This document shows positions 9,255 through 17,803 of a stretch of 64,000 nucleotides of DNA, one piece after another. Where the stretch lies: assembly GCA_012744445.1 (NCBI GenBank), contig JAAYBZ010000200.1, positions 3,745 through 67,744 on the forward strand, in the 5' to 3' direction. The position numbers were made by a program, and so were the translations under genes. The stretch is from Myxococcales bacterium. Lineage in GTDB: Bacteria; Myxococcota_A; Polyangia; Polyangiales; Houyiibacteriaceae. Every line of letters starts with the position of its first letter. Position 1 is the first letter of the stretch. The notes beneath the pieces are model-generated. The model made no database searches. It was not told the origin of the DNA and was given only the letters and a program-made list of their open reading frames with translations.

Positions 9255-9794
9255 TCAGAGGAAGACCGCGAAGCCATCGTCGACGATCAAGCGGATCGCG
9301 GCCCAGAAGCCCAGTACCGGAAAAGTAAACCAGAGTCCATTCGTGAGCCCGACGAAGATCGCGAGGTTCCCCGGCGTGTGGCCGACGTAGCGTCGGTTGA
9401 ACAGGAAGCTCCCGAAATAGACGAGCGTCCCGTACCACATCTGCCCGTGGAACATCACCCCGAGGACGCCGAGGACCCACGCCGGGACGATCTCGAAGGT
9501 CATCCCGTAGAGGAGCAGGAGGGTCGGGACGAGGGTGGAGAAGCCGTTGCCCACGTCGATGAAGAAGCCGAAGGACTTCCGGTCGGCGTAGGACTCGTCG
9601 AAGACCGAGTACGTGGCCCAGAGGTCGGCCCAGGTGTCGGCCGAGAAGATCTTCCCGAGCGGGACCTTGGAGAAGAAGTAGGCCTTCACGCACTCGAGCT
9701 CACGCCCGCGGTACGTCTCGAGGAGCGCAGGGTGCTTGGCCTCGATCGCGTCGATTCGCACGATGGCCGCGAAGACGACTTGATGGACCCTCAT
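9255..9794 (-). CDS. Membrane protein resembling the C-terminal part of EBP/EXPERA-domain proteins (sterol isomerase / TMEM97 fold)
   Basis: 179 aa with three clear TM segments. LWATYSVFDESY resembles EBP LWKEYAKGDSRY. GQMWYGTLVYFGSF resembles GQIYGDVLYFLTE. NGLWFTFPVLGF resembles NALWLVLPGVLV. The N-terminal 60 aa are not hydrophobic, so this is not a full four-TM EXPERA domain. The family call is tentative; the CDS itself is well supported. Confidence 0.6.
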   Translation of the reverse strand: MRVHQVVFAAIVRIDAIEAKHPALLETYRGRELECVKAYFFSKVPLGKIFSADTWADLWATYSVFDESYADRKSFGFFIDVGNGFSTLVPTLLLLYGMTFEIVPAWVLGVLGVMFHGQMWYGTLVYFGSFLFNRRYVGHTPGNLAIFVGLTNGLWFTFPVLGFWAAIRLIVDDGFAVFL

Positions 9795-9827
9795 CGCGGC
9801 CGAGGATCGCCGAGAACGGCCCGGAGA

Positions 9828-10001
9828 TCACCCCCCGCGGTGCTCCTTGGACTTGAGCTCGTCGAGGAGCTCCGTCGTCACCTCGCCCATCCCGCGCGCG
9901 CGGGCCTCGGTCTCGGCCCGCTTGCGGACGAACGGCCTCACGAAGAACGGGACCTTCTCGAGCCTCTTCTTGGCGTCGGCACTCCAGCGCACGTCGGACA
10001 T
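9828..10001 (-). CDS. Small stand-alone PCP_red-type protein (protochlorophyllide reductase subunit B C-terminal-like domain), 57 aa
   Basis: Not in the ORF track (too short). I translated it by hand: MSDVRWSADAKKRLEKVPFFVRPFVRKRAETEARARGMGEVTTELLDELKSKEHRGG. It matches the W-x3-A-x3-L-x-K-[IV]-PFFVR-x2-VR-x3-E-x2-AR-x2-G pattern of the BchB/ChlB C-terminal domain. It lies immediately upstream of the EXPERA-like gene on the same strand. Confidence 0.6.
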   Translation of the reverse strand: MSDVRWSADAKKRLEKVPFFVRPFVRKRAETEARARGMGEVTTELLDELKSKEHRGG

Positions 10002-10120
10002 CGACTTCTCCCTTCGGGCTCGAAGGATAGGGGGCGGCCTCCGTCGCCGCCAATGCGCCGCGCGGGCACGCGCGATATGCTCCGCGGGCAGATGATCGGC
10101 TCATCCCCCGGAGTGACCTC

Positions 10121-11968
10121 GTGATCCGCGCGCTCGTCGTCGGGGCCGGCGCGGTGGGCCAGGTCTACGGCGCGCACCTCCAGAGGGCCGGCGTGCACGT
10201 CTCGGTCTTCGTGAAGCCGAAGCACGCCGAGGAGGCGCGGCAGGGCTTCACGCTGCACCGCCTCCGGCTCTTCCGTGCGCTGGAGACGCATCGCTTCTCG
10301 CCGGACGCCGTGCTCACCGAGATGGCGCAGGTGGCCTCCACCCGCTGGGATCTCGTCTTCCTCTGCGTGCCCACCACCGCCCTCGAGGGGGATTATTTCG
10401 GCCCGCTGATGCGCGGCGTGGGCGGCGCCACGGTGGTCTCCTTCCAGCCCGGGATGCACGCGCGGGAGCTCGTCGCCCGGGTCGTGCCGAGCTCGCACCT
10501 CGTGACGGGGACCATCGCCTTCCTCGCATACCGGACGCCCCTCGGCGACGACGGGCTATCCCCCGGCACGGCCTATCTCTTCCCGCCCTTCGCGTCCACG
10601 CAGCTCAGCGGGGAGCGCCCCCGCGCCGAGGCCATCGCCGAGCTCCTCCGCCGGGGCGGCTGCCCCGCGCGCGTCCACGACGACGCCGAGCGCGCGCTCC
10701 TCTTCTCCTCGGCCGTGATGATGCCGCTCGTCGCGACGCTCCAGGCGGCCGGCTGGTCCTTCGACGAGGTCGCGCGCGGCGAGCACCTCGATCGTGGCGC
10801 GCGCGCCGTCCGCGAGGCCGCAGCCATCGCCTCGAAGAAGCTCGGCGTTCCCGCGCCGCGGAGCCTCGCCCTCGTCCGCCCCGCGCTCCTCCGGCTGGCG
10901 CTCGCGCTCGTGCCGCGCGTGCTCCCCTTCGACTTCGAGGGCTACCTCCGCGCGCACTTCACCAAGGTCGACGATCAGAGCCGCCTCCTCCTCGCCGATC
11001 TCCTCGAACACGCCGCGTCCAGCGGGCTCGAGGCCCGCGCGCTGGGCGAGCTCTACGAGGCCGTCTACAGCGGCGCCGAGGCCGTCGCGCCCGAGATCGA
11101 GCGGCGCCTCCGCATCCGCAAGGAGATCGAGGACTCGATCGAGTCCCTCGAGATCGAAGAGACGGCGGACGGCGCGCAGACCTTCCGCGGCGTCGCGCGC
11201 TTCGGCCCTTCGCTCGTGGGTCCGCCGGGGCGGCTGCACGGCGGCCTCCACGCCTACGCGCGGCTCTTCCGCCCGCTCGCGGCGATGCCGGCGCACGATC
11301 CGGCCTCGACCTTCCCCTGCCGCGCGACGCTCTCGCTCGGGCGGGCGATCTACCTCGAGGAGCCCGTGCCCTTCGAGGGGCGCTACACCCGGGACGCCGA
11401 GGGCTACCGCCTCGAGATCCGCCACGGCGAGGGCGATCGCCTCGTGGGCACCTTGCGCTCGACGGCGATCGAGGGCGATCCGCTCGCGCCCTTCCGCGAT
11501 CCCTACGCGCGCGCGAGGACGCGCCCGCCGCTCGCCGAGGTGCAGGCGCAATACGACCAGCAGGCGCGCATCGACGAGGAGCTCGTCCTGCTCCGCGTCG
11601 ATCCCGCGGCGCGGCGTGAGCTCCGGAGCGTCTCCCAGGTGGTCGCGCCCGACGACTCGGTCGACGCGATGTTCCACTGCGTGCAGCTCGACGTCGTGGG
11701 CGCGGTCGTGGCCGGCTGGCAGCTCCAGGGCCACTGCTACACGGTGGCGCTCGATCTCACGATCGTCCGCGAGCGCGCCGAGCCCGATGCCGATCTCGTC
11801 GTGATGGGGCACCGCACCACGCGCCCCGATCCCGACTCGCCCTTCCGGCCCGTCGAGGTGCGGGGCGAGCTCGTCGGCCCGATCGTCGTCGACGTCGCGC
11901 TCGCCGACGCGGCGCTCGAGACGCTCTACGCCTTCGGCACCGTCACCATGCTCCCCGTGCGGGCCTGA
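10121..11968 (+). CDS. Fusion protein: ketopantoate reductase (ApbA/PanE)-like NAD(P)-binding N-terminal region plus about 300-aa C-terminal region with possible hotdog-fold elements
   Basis: GTG start. The N-terminus MIRALVVGAGAVGQVYGAHLQRAGVHVSV is a Rossmann GxGxxG, followed by DLVFLCVPT as in the KPR family. The C-terminal part contains GRLHGGLHAY, reminiscent of PaaI-type thioesterase G-x-x-HGG. The C-terminal assignment is inference. Confidence 0.75.
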   Translation: MIRALVVGAGAVGQVYGAHLQRAGVHVSVFVKPKHAEEARQGFTLHRLRLFRALETHRFSPDAVLTEMAQVASTRWDLVFLCVPTTALEGDYFGPLMRGVGGATVVSFQPGMHARELVARVVPSSHLVTGTIAFLAYRTPLGDDGLSPGTAYLFPPFASTQLSGERPRAEAIAELLRRGGCPARVHDDAERALLFSSAVMMPLVATLQAAGWSFDEVARGEHLDRGARAVREAAAIASKKLGVPAPRSLALVRPALLRLALALVPRVLPFDFEGYLRAHFTKVDDQSRLLLADLLEHAASSGLEARALGELYEAVYSGAEAVAPEIERRLRIRKEIEDSIESLEIEETADGAQTFRGVARFGPSLVGPPGRLHGGLHAYARLFRPLAAMPAHDPASTFPCRATLSLGRAIYLEEPVPFEGRYTRDAEGYRLEIRHGEGDRLVGTLRSTAIEGDPLAPFRDPYARARTRPPLAEVQAQYDQQARIDEELVLLRVDPAARRELRSVSQVVAPDDSVDAMFHCVQLDVVGAVVAGWQLQGHCYTVALDLTIVRERAEPDADLVVMGHRTTRPDPDSPFRPVEVRGELVGPIVVDVALADAALETLYAFGTVTMLPVRA

Positions 11969-11982
11969 AGTATGGTCCGCGG

Positions 11983-13377
11983 ATGATCGATACGACGACG
12001 AGCCGCGAGGTCGACGCGGTGGTGATCGGCGCCGGCACGGCCGGCGTCCACGCGGCCAAGGCCCTCGCCGAGATCGGCCTCCGCGTGGTGGTGCTCGAGC
12101 GACGCGCCGAGGCCCAAGGAGGCGGCGCGCATTGGTGCAACGCCGTGCTCGCGAAGCACTTCGACCTCGCCGGGCTCCCGATCCCCGAGGCGCCCGAGGT
12201 CCGCGCGCGCGGCGGCGCGAGCCTGCTCTTCAGCCCGAGCGGGGCGTACTGCACCCGCGTCGACGAGAACCCCATGTGGGAGTGCGACATGCGCCTCCTC
12301 GGAAAGCGCCTCCGCGAGGGCGCCGAGGCGAACGGCGCGGAGGTCGTCTACGGCGTCGACCGCCTCGACTTCCGCTTCGAGGGCGAGCGCCCGGTGGCCG
12401 TGTGCTTCCGCGCGGGCGGCGCCTTCCACCGCCTCGGCGCGCGCCTCTTCGTCGACGCGAGCGGCATGAAGGGCGTGCTCCGCTCGCAGATCCCGAGCCT
12501 CCGCCGCGCTTGCCCGCCCGTCGCGCCCGAGGACGTGTGCGCCGCGCACCAGATGATCTTCCGCGTCCGCGACGTGGACGGCGCGAAGCGCTACCTCGAG
12601 GCCCATGGCGCGCGGCCCGGCGACGCCATCAACGAGCTCGGCATCGAGGGCGGCTACTCCATCCGGGTCGTGCGCATGGAGCACGGCCTCGAGGAGGTCT
12701 CGGTCCTCACGGGCTCGATCCCGCACGGCGGCCACAAGACGGGCCGGCAGATCCTCCGCGACTTCGTCTCGCGCACCTCGTGGGTGGGCGAGCCCGTCTT
12801 CGGCGGAGGCGCCGCGATCCCGCTCCGCCGCATCTACGATCGCCTCACGGCGCCCGGCGTGGCGCTCGTTGGCGACGCCGCGTGTCAGGTGATGCCCGGG
12901 CACGGCTCGGGCATCGGCTTCGGGCTCATCGCGGGGCGCGTGCTCGCCGACGCCGTGAAGGGCGCGGCCGATCCCGGCGATCCCGAGGTCCTCTTCCGTT
13001 ATCAATCGCGCTACCTGCGCCGTCACGGCGCGGTCTTCGCGGGCTACGACGCCGTGCGGAAGATGAGCGTCCGCCTCGGGACCGAGGGGATCGAGAAGCT
13101 CTTCGCCGCCGGGCTCTTCTCGACCTCGCTCGCCGCGCCGAGCCTCCACCAGGAGCTCGGCACGCTCGCGCCGGCGGAGGCGCTCGTCCACGCCCGCGCG
13201 CTCGCCGAGGACCCGGAGCTCGCCTGGGTGGTCGCGCCCGCGCTCGCCGTGATGGGCGCGGCCCCGCTCGTCTACCGCGCCTACCCGCGCGAGCTCGACC
13301 CCGCCGCCCTCCGCGCGTGGCGGCTCGCGGCGGGCGCGCTCCTCGCCAAGCAGGCCGAGGTGAAGCTGGCCGCCTGA
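11983..13377 (+). CDS. FAD-dependent oxidoreductase (geranylgeranyl reductase / FixC-like family)
   Basis: N-terminal dinucleotide-binding motif DAVVIGAGTAGVHAAKALAEIGLRVVVLER. Second FAD motif VALVGDAACQVMPGHGSGIG. Confidence 0.85.
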   Translation: MIDTTTSREVDAVVIGAGTAGVHAAKALAEIGLRVVVLERRAEAQGGGAHWCNAVLAKHFDLAGLPIPEAPEVRARGGASLLFSPSGAYCTRVDENPMWECDMRLLGKRLREGAEANGAEVVYGVDRLDFRFEGERPVAVCFRAGGAFHRLGARLFVDASGMKGVLRSQIPSLRRACPPVAPEDVCAAHQMIFRVRDVDGAKRYLEAHGARPGDAINELGIEGGYSIRVVRMEHGLEEVSVLTGSIPHGGHKTGRQILRDFVSRTSWVGEPVFGGGAAIPLRRIYDRLTAPGVALVGDAACQVMPGHGSGIGFGLIAGRVLADAVKGAADPGDPEVLFRYQSRYLRRHGAVFAGYDAVRKMSVRLGTEGIEKLFAAGLFSTSLAAPSLHQELGTLAPAEALVHARALAEDPELAWVVAPALAVMGAAPLVYRAYPRELDPAALRAWRLAAGALLAKQAEVKLAA

Positions 13378-14334
13378 TCAGGCCCGCGGATCCAGGACCA
13401 GCGAGCGCCGCGGCTCTCGACCGAGCGCAGGCGCGAGGCATTCGCGGATCGTCTTGGCGAGCGCCTCGAAGATGCGGCGGCGGAAGTCCGTCCGCGCCGT
13501 GACGAGGCCGATCTCGCGCACCGGCGTGGGCGCGACGAGGGGGCGGACCTGGGCCTCCTTCTTCTCGGGGCTGAGCGCGCGGACCACGAGCGCGGGGACG
13601 ATCGTGGCCCCCATGCCTCCGTCGACGAGCTGGATGAGCGTCTCGAACGAGCCGCTCTCGAACTTCACGCGCCCCGGCGCGATCGCCTCCTCGGCGCCGC
13701 AATAGGAGAGGACCTGGCTCCGGAAACAATGCCCCTCGGGCATCACCCAGAGCTCGCGCGCGGAGAGGTCGGCCTGCGTGAGCCGCCGCTTGCGGAGGAG
13801 CGGATCGCCCGGCGGGAGGTAGGCGTAGAGCGGCTCGAGCGCGAGCGGCTCCTCGACGAGCCCCGTCTCGGCGAGGGGGGTGGCGGCGAGCCCGGCCTCC
13901 AGGGTGTCGGCGTGGAGGCGCGCGATGATCTCCTCGGTCTTGAGCTCCTCGATGACGAGATCGACCCGCGGGTTGGCCTCGACGAAGGGGTGGAGGAAGA
14001 GCGGCAGGACCGTCGAGGACATGGTGGGGATGACGCCGAGGCGAAAGGGACCGGAGGGCGCGTCCTCCTCGGCCAGGATCTGCCCGAGCCGCTCGGTTTC
14101 CCGAAGGATCACGCGCATCTGCGCGATCGCGGCGTCGCCCTCCTTGGTGGGGAGGACGGGCTTTTTGCGGCGGTCGAAGAGGACCGCCCCGAGCAGATCC
14201 TCGAGCTTCTGGATCTGCATGCTGAGCCCGGATTGCGAGACGTGGCAGCGCTCGGAGGCGAGCCGGAAGCTCCGGGTCTCGGCGACGGCCACGGCGTACC
14301 GCATCTGCGTGAGCGTGACTTGCGTGAGGTCCAT
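13378..14334 (-). CDS. oxyR: LysR-family peroxide-sensing regulator OxyR
   Basis: N-terminal LysR HTH (LTQMRYAVAVAETRSFRLASERCHVSQSGLSMQIQKLE). The redox pair is in EGHCFRSQVLSYC, with two Cys spaced 9 residues apart as in OxyR C199/C208. Divergent from ahpC. Confidence 0.9.
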   Translation of the reverse strand: MDLTQVTLTQMRYAVAVAETRSFRLASERCHVSQSGLSMQIQKLEDLLGAVLFDRRKKPVLPTKEGDAAIAQMRVILRETERLGQILAEEDAPSGPFRLGVIPTMSSTVLPLFLHPFVEANPRVDLVIEELKTEEIIARLHADTLEAGLAATPLAETGLVEEPLALEPLYAYLPPGDPLLRKRRLTQADLSARELWVMPEGHCFRSQVLSYCGAEEAIAPGRVKFESGSFETLIQLVDGGMGATIVPALVVRALSPEKKEAQVRPLVAPTPVREIGLVTARTDFRRRIFEALAKTIRECLAPALGREPRRSLVLDPRA

Positions 14335-14450
14335 CTCTCCTCAATCAGTTTCGATGAAGGCCATTTCAAAACGTTCGATTCGATTCAAGCATGGATCGTG
14401 TGCATCCTGGACGCTGACCACACCACGGTCTCTATCGAAGGAGGAACCCC
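14335..14450. promoter_or_regulatory. oxyR-ahpC divergent promoter/operator region with ahpC RBS
   Basis: Locally AT-richer intergenic region with repeated TCGAT/ATCG half-sites (ttcgat at 14350, ttcgattcgatt at 14374, ggatcg at 14393). GAAGGAGGA Shine-Dalgarno lies 5-6 nt before the ahpC ATG. The operator assignment is inference from the OxyR/AhpC paradigm. Confidence 0.45.
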
Positions 14451-15014
14451 ATGTCGCTCATCAACACCAAGATCAAGCCCTTCAAGGCCACCGCTTATCA
14501 CGACGGCAAGTTCGTCGACGTCACCGACGAGAGCGTCCTCGGCAAGTGGAGCGTCTTCGTCTTCTATCCGGCCGACTTCACCTTCGTCTGCCCGACGGAG
14601 CTCGAGGACCTCGCCGATCACTACGACGAGTTCCAGAAGCTCGGCGTCGAGATCTACGGCGTGTCGACCGACACCCACTTCTCGCACAAGGCCTGGCACG
14701 ACACTTCGGAGGCCATCAAGAAGGTCCGCTACCCCCTCGTCGGCGATCCCACCGGCCGCCTCACGCGCAACTTCGACGTCATGATCGAGGAGGAGGGCCT
14801 CGCGCTCCGCGGCACCTTCGTCGTGAACCCCGAGGGCATCATCAAGGTCTGCGAGATCCACGACAACGGCATCGGGCGTAACGCGAGCGAGCTCCTTCGC
14901 AAGGTGAAGGCGGCCCAGTACGTCGCGACGCACCCGGGCGAGGTCTGCCCCGCGAAGTGGAAGGAGGGCGAGAAGACCCTCAAGCCCTCGCTCGACCTCG
15001 TCGGAAAGATCTGA
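14451..15014 (+). CDS. ahpC: Alkyl hydroperoxide reductase subunit C (typical 2-Cys peroxiredoxin)
   Basis: [13 protein letters not shown]-terminus. Peroxidatic Cys in DFTFVCPTE. Resolving Cys in GEVCPAKW. 187 aa. Confidence 0.97.
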   Translation: MSLINTKIKPFKATAYHDGKFVDVTDESVLGKWSVFVFYPADFTFVCPTELEDLADHYDEFQKLGVEIYGVSTDTHFSHKAWHDTSEAIKKVRYPLVGDPTGRLTRNFDVMIEEEGLALRGTFVVNPEGIIKVCEIHDNGIGRNASELLRKVKAAQYVATHPGEVCPAKWKEGEKTLKPSLDLVGKI

Positions 15015-15031
15015 GCGAAGGGAGGAGAGCC

Positions 15032-16588
15032 ATGTTGGACGAGAACCTCAAGGCGCAGCTCGAGGCCGCGCTCGCTCACCTCAAGAGCGAGCTCGTCCTC
15101 ACGGCGTCGCTCGACGAATCCGTCGCTTCGCGGGAGACGCGCTCGCTCCTCGAGGAGATCGCCGCGGCCTCCCCCAAGATCAAGGTCGTCGAGTCGCGTG
15201 ACGAGGCGCGGACGCCCTCGTTCGCGATCCACCGGCCCGGCGAGGCGCCGCGCGTGCGCTTCGCCGGTGTCCCGCTCGGCCACGAGTTCACCTCGCTCGT
15301 GCTCGCGCTGCTCCACGTGAGCGGCCACCCGCCCCGGGTGAGCGACGAAGAGCTCGCGCGCGCCGAGAAGCTCGAAGGCACGTATCGCTTCGAGACCTTC
15401 TTCTCGCAGTCGTGCCAGAACTGCCCCGACGTGGTGCAGGCGCTCAACGTGCTCGCGGCGCGCAACCCGAACGTCACGCACGTCGCCATCGACGGCGCGG
15501 CCTTCGCCGACGAGGCGGAGGAGCGCGGCGTGATGAGCGTGCCGACCGTCTTCCTCGACGGCGAGCCCTTCGCCACGGGCCGCATGGAGCTCGGCGAGAT
15601 CCTCGACAAGCTCGATACGGCTGGCAACAAGGCGCGCGCCGAGGCGCTCGAGAAGGCGCCGCCCTTCGACGTCCTCATCGTGGGCGGCGGTCCGGCGGGC
15701 GGAGCCGCGGCGATCTACGCGGCGCGGAAGGGCCTGCGCACGGGCATCGTCACCGAGCGCTTCGGCGGACAGGTGCTCGACACCATGGCCATCGAGAACT
15801 TCATCTCCGTCCCGGAGACCGAAGGGCCGAAGTGGGTCGAGAACCTCAAGGCCCACGTGCGCGCGTATCCCGTCGAGATCATCGAGCGGGAGCGGGCCTC
15901 GCGCCTCGTCCCGGGCGAGCTCCCGGCCGTCGAGCTCGAGAGCGGCGCCACGCTGCGGGCGAAGAGCGTGATCCTCGCGCCCGGCGCGCGCTGGCGGAAC
16001 ATGAACGTCCCCGGCGAGGAGCAGTACCGCACGCGCGGCGTCACCTATTGCCCGCACTGCGACGGCCCGCTCTTCAAGGGCAAGCGCGTGGCCGTGATCG
16101 GCGGCGGCAACTCCGGCGTCGAGGCGGCCATCGACCTCGCGGGCGTCACGGCGCACGTCACGCTCCTCGAGTTCCTCGACGAGCTCAAGGCCGACGCCGT
16201 GCTCGTGCGCAAGCTCCGGAGCCTCCCCAACGTCGACGTCATCACCAGCGCGCGCACGACGGAAGTCATCGGCGACGGGGCGCGCGTCACCGGCCTCCGC
16301 TACGAGGACCGCAAGACGGGCGAGCTCCACGAGCTCCCGGTGCAGGGCGTCTTCGTGCAGATCGGCCTCGTCCCCAACACCGAGTGGCTCCACGGCGCCG
16401 TGGAGCTCACCGGCCGCGGCGAGATCGTCGTGGGCGAGAAACAGGAGACCTCGGTCCCAGGGGTCTTCGCGGCGGGCGACGCGACGACGGTGCCCTTCAA
16501 GCAGATCATCGTCGCCGCGGGCGATGGCGCGAAGGCCGCGCTCGGCGCCTTCGAGCACCTCATCCGCACCTCGGCCCCCTCGGCCTGA
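15032..16588 (+). CDS. ahpF: Alkyl hydroperoxide reductase subunit F
   Basis: ATG at 15032 preceded by [20 protein letters not shown]-terminus. N-terminal CxxC (SQSCQNCPD). FAD motif [21 protein letters not shown]. Redox-active CPHCDG. Confidence 0.95.
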   Translation: MLDENLKAQLEAALAHLKSELVLTASLDESVASRETRSLLEEIAAASPKIKVVESRDEARTPSFAIHRPGEAPRVRFAGVPLGHEFTSLVLALLHVSGHPPRVSDEELARAEKLEGTYRFETFFSQSCQNCPDVVQALNVLAARNPNVTHVAIDGAAFADEAEERGVMSVPTVFLDGEPFATGRMELGEILDKLDTAGNKARAEALEKAPPFDVLIVGGGPAGGAAAIYAARKGLRTGIVTERFGGQVLDTMAIENFISVPETEGPKWVENLKAHVRAYPVEIIERERASRLVPGELPAVELESGATLRAKSVILAPGARWRNMNVPGEEQYRTRGVTYCPHCDGPLFKGKRVAVIGGGNSGVEAAIDLAGVTAHVTLLEFLDELKADAVLVRKLRSLPNVDVITSARTTEVIGDGARVTGLRYEDRKTGELHELPVQGVFVQIGLVPNTEWLHGAVELTGRGEIVVGEKQETSVPGVFAAGDATTVPFKQIIVAAGDGAKAALGAFEHLIRTSAPSA

Positions 16589-16627
16589 GCCCTTTCCTCA
16601 CGAGGCCGCGCGCGTCATCGTCCCGCG

Positions 16628-17296
16628 ATGACGTCCGCGGCCTTTCTCTTTCGCGACGAGTGGATCGTCGCCGTCGACAAGCCCTCCGGCGTGGCCGTGC
16701 ACCGCGGCTGGGCGGCCGAGCCCGACGTGATGCTCGCGCGCGTGCGCGACGCCGTGGGCGCGTACGTCTACCCGGTGCACCGCCTCGATCGCGGCGCGAG
16801 CGGCGTCCTCCTCTTCGCCCTCGATCCGGAGACGGCGCGCGCGCTCGGCGACGCCTTCACGGCGCAGCGCGTGCACAAGCGCTACCTCGCCCTCGTGCGC
16901 GGCGTTCCGCCGGATCGCGTGCGCATCGATCACCCCGTGAAGAAGGGCGAGCGCGACGGCGAGCGCGTGCCCGCCGTGACCGTGGTGGAGCGCCTCGAGG
17001 TCCTCGGCCGCTACGCGCTCGTCGCCGCGTGCCCCGAGACCGGCCGGCTCCACCAGATCCGGCGCCACCTCAAGCACATCAGCTGCCCGCTCATCGGCGA
17101 CGTGCGCTACGGCAAGGGCGAGCACAACCGCCTGTTCCGCGATCGCTATGGCCTCCACCGGCTCTTCCTCCACGCCGAGGAGCTCCGGCTCGAGCACCCG
17201 CGCACGGGCGAGCCGCTCGTCGTCCGCGCGCCGCTCGGCCCCGATCTCGCCGAGCCCCTCGCACGCCTCCGCGAGGACGTGGCCGCGGCGCGGTGA
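16628..17296 (+). CDS. RluA-family pseudouridine synthase (TruC-like)
   Basis: The catalytic Asp motif HRLDRGASGVLLFA and HQIRRHL are both characteristic of the RluA/TruC family. It lacks an S4 domain, like TruC. Confidence 0.85.
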   Translation: MTSAAFLFRDEWIVAVDKPSGVAVHRGWAAEPDVMLARVRDAVGAYVYPVHRLDRGASGVLLFALDPETARALGDAFTAQRVHKRYLALVRGVPPDRVRIDHPVKKGERDGERVPAVTVVERLEVLGRYALVAACPETGRLHQIRRHLKHISCPLIGDVRYGKGEHNRLFRDRYGLHRLFLHAEELRLEHPRTGEPLVVRAPLGPDLAEPLARLREDVAAAR

Positions 17297-17299
17297 GGA

Positions 17300-17794
17300 T
17301 CAGCGCTCGCCGAGCGCGAGGAGCGCCTTCGGCGGGAAGAGCGCGCGGAGCTCGGCGAGCTCGCGCTCGAACCCCGCGAGGTGGACGAGCGCGCCCTTCT
17401 TCACCTGCACGCGCGCGGAGCCGTCGCGCGCGATCGAGGCCGCGACGAGCGCCGAGAGATCGGGCTCGTGACCCACGATCATCAGCGGATCGACGTCGCC
17501 GTATTCGCGGAGGATCGCCTCGCGCACGACGCGTGGGCCGGCGCCGGGCGCGAGGAAGTCCACGATCACGACCTCTGGCCGTGTCTCGAGCTCGGCCGCG
17601 GCGAGCGCCGCCGTCTCCCGCGCGCGGACGAGCGGGCTCGAGAGCACGAGCGCGGGGGCGACGCCGAGCCGGCGCATGGCCCGCCCGGTGATCGTCGTGC
17701 GCTCGCGCCCTTCCGCCGTGAGCGGGCGGAGACGGTCGGCGTGCCCCGGGAGGGGATCGCCCGCGCGGCCGTGTCTCAAGACGTAGAGGTCCAT
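17300..17794 (-). CDS. sixA: Phosphohistidine phosphatase SixA-like
   Basis: MDLYVLRHGRAG (RHG), SSPLVRARETA and IVGHEPDLS motifs. 164 aa. Confidence 0.85.
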   Translation of the reverse strand: MDLYVLRHGRAGDPLPGHADRLRPLTAEGRERTTITGRAMRRLGVAPALVLSSPLVRARETAALAAAELETRPEVVIVDFLAPGAGPRVVREAILREYGDVDPLMIVGHEPDLSALVAASIARDGSARVQVKKGALVHLAGFERELAELRALFPPKALLALGER

Positions 17795-17803
17795 GGGCCC
17801 ATC

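Noticed and set aside
14729-17691. Long ORFs 14729..16558 (-) and 15412..17691 (+) over ahpC/ahpF/truC
   Set aside because: They overlap genes with textbook AhpC/AhpF motifs in another frame, and their translations are Arg/Gly/Ala-rich without motifs.
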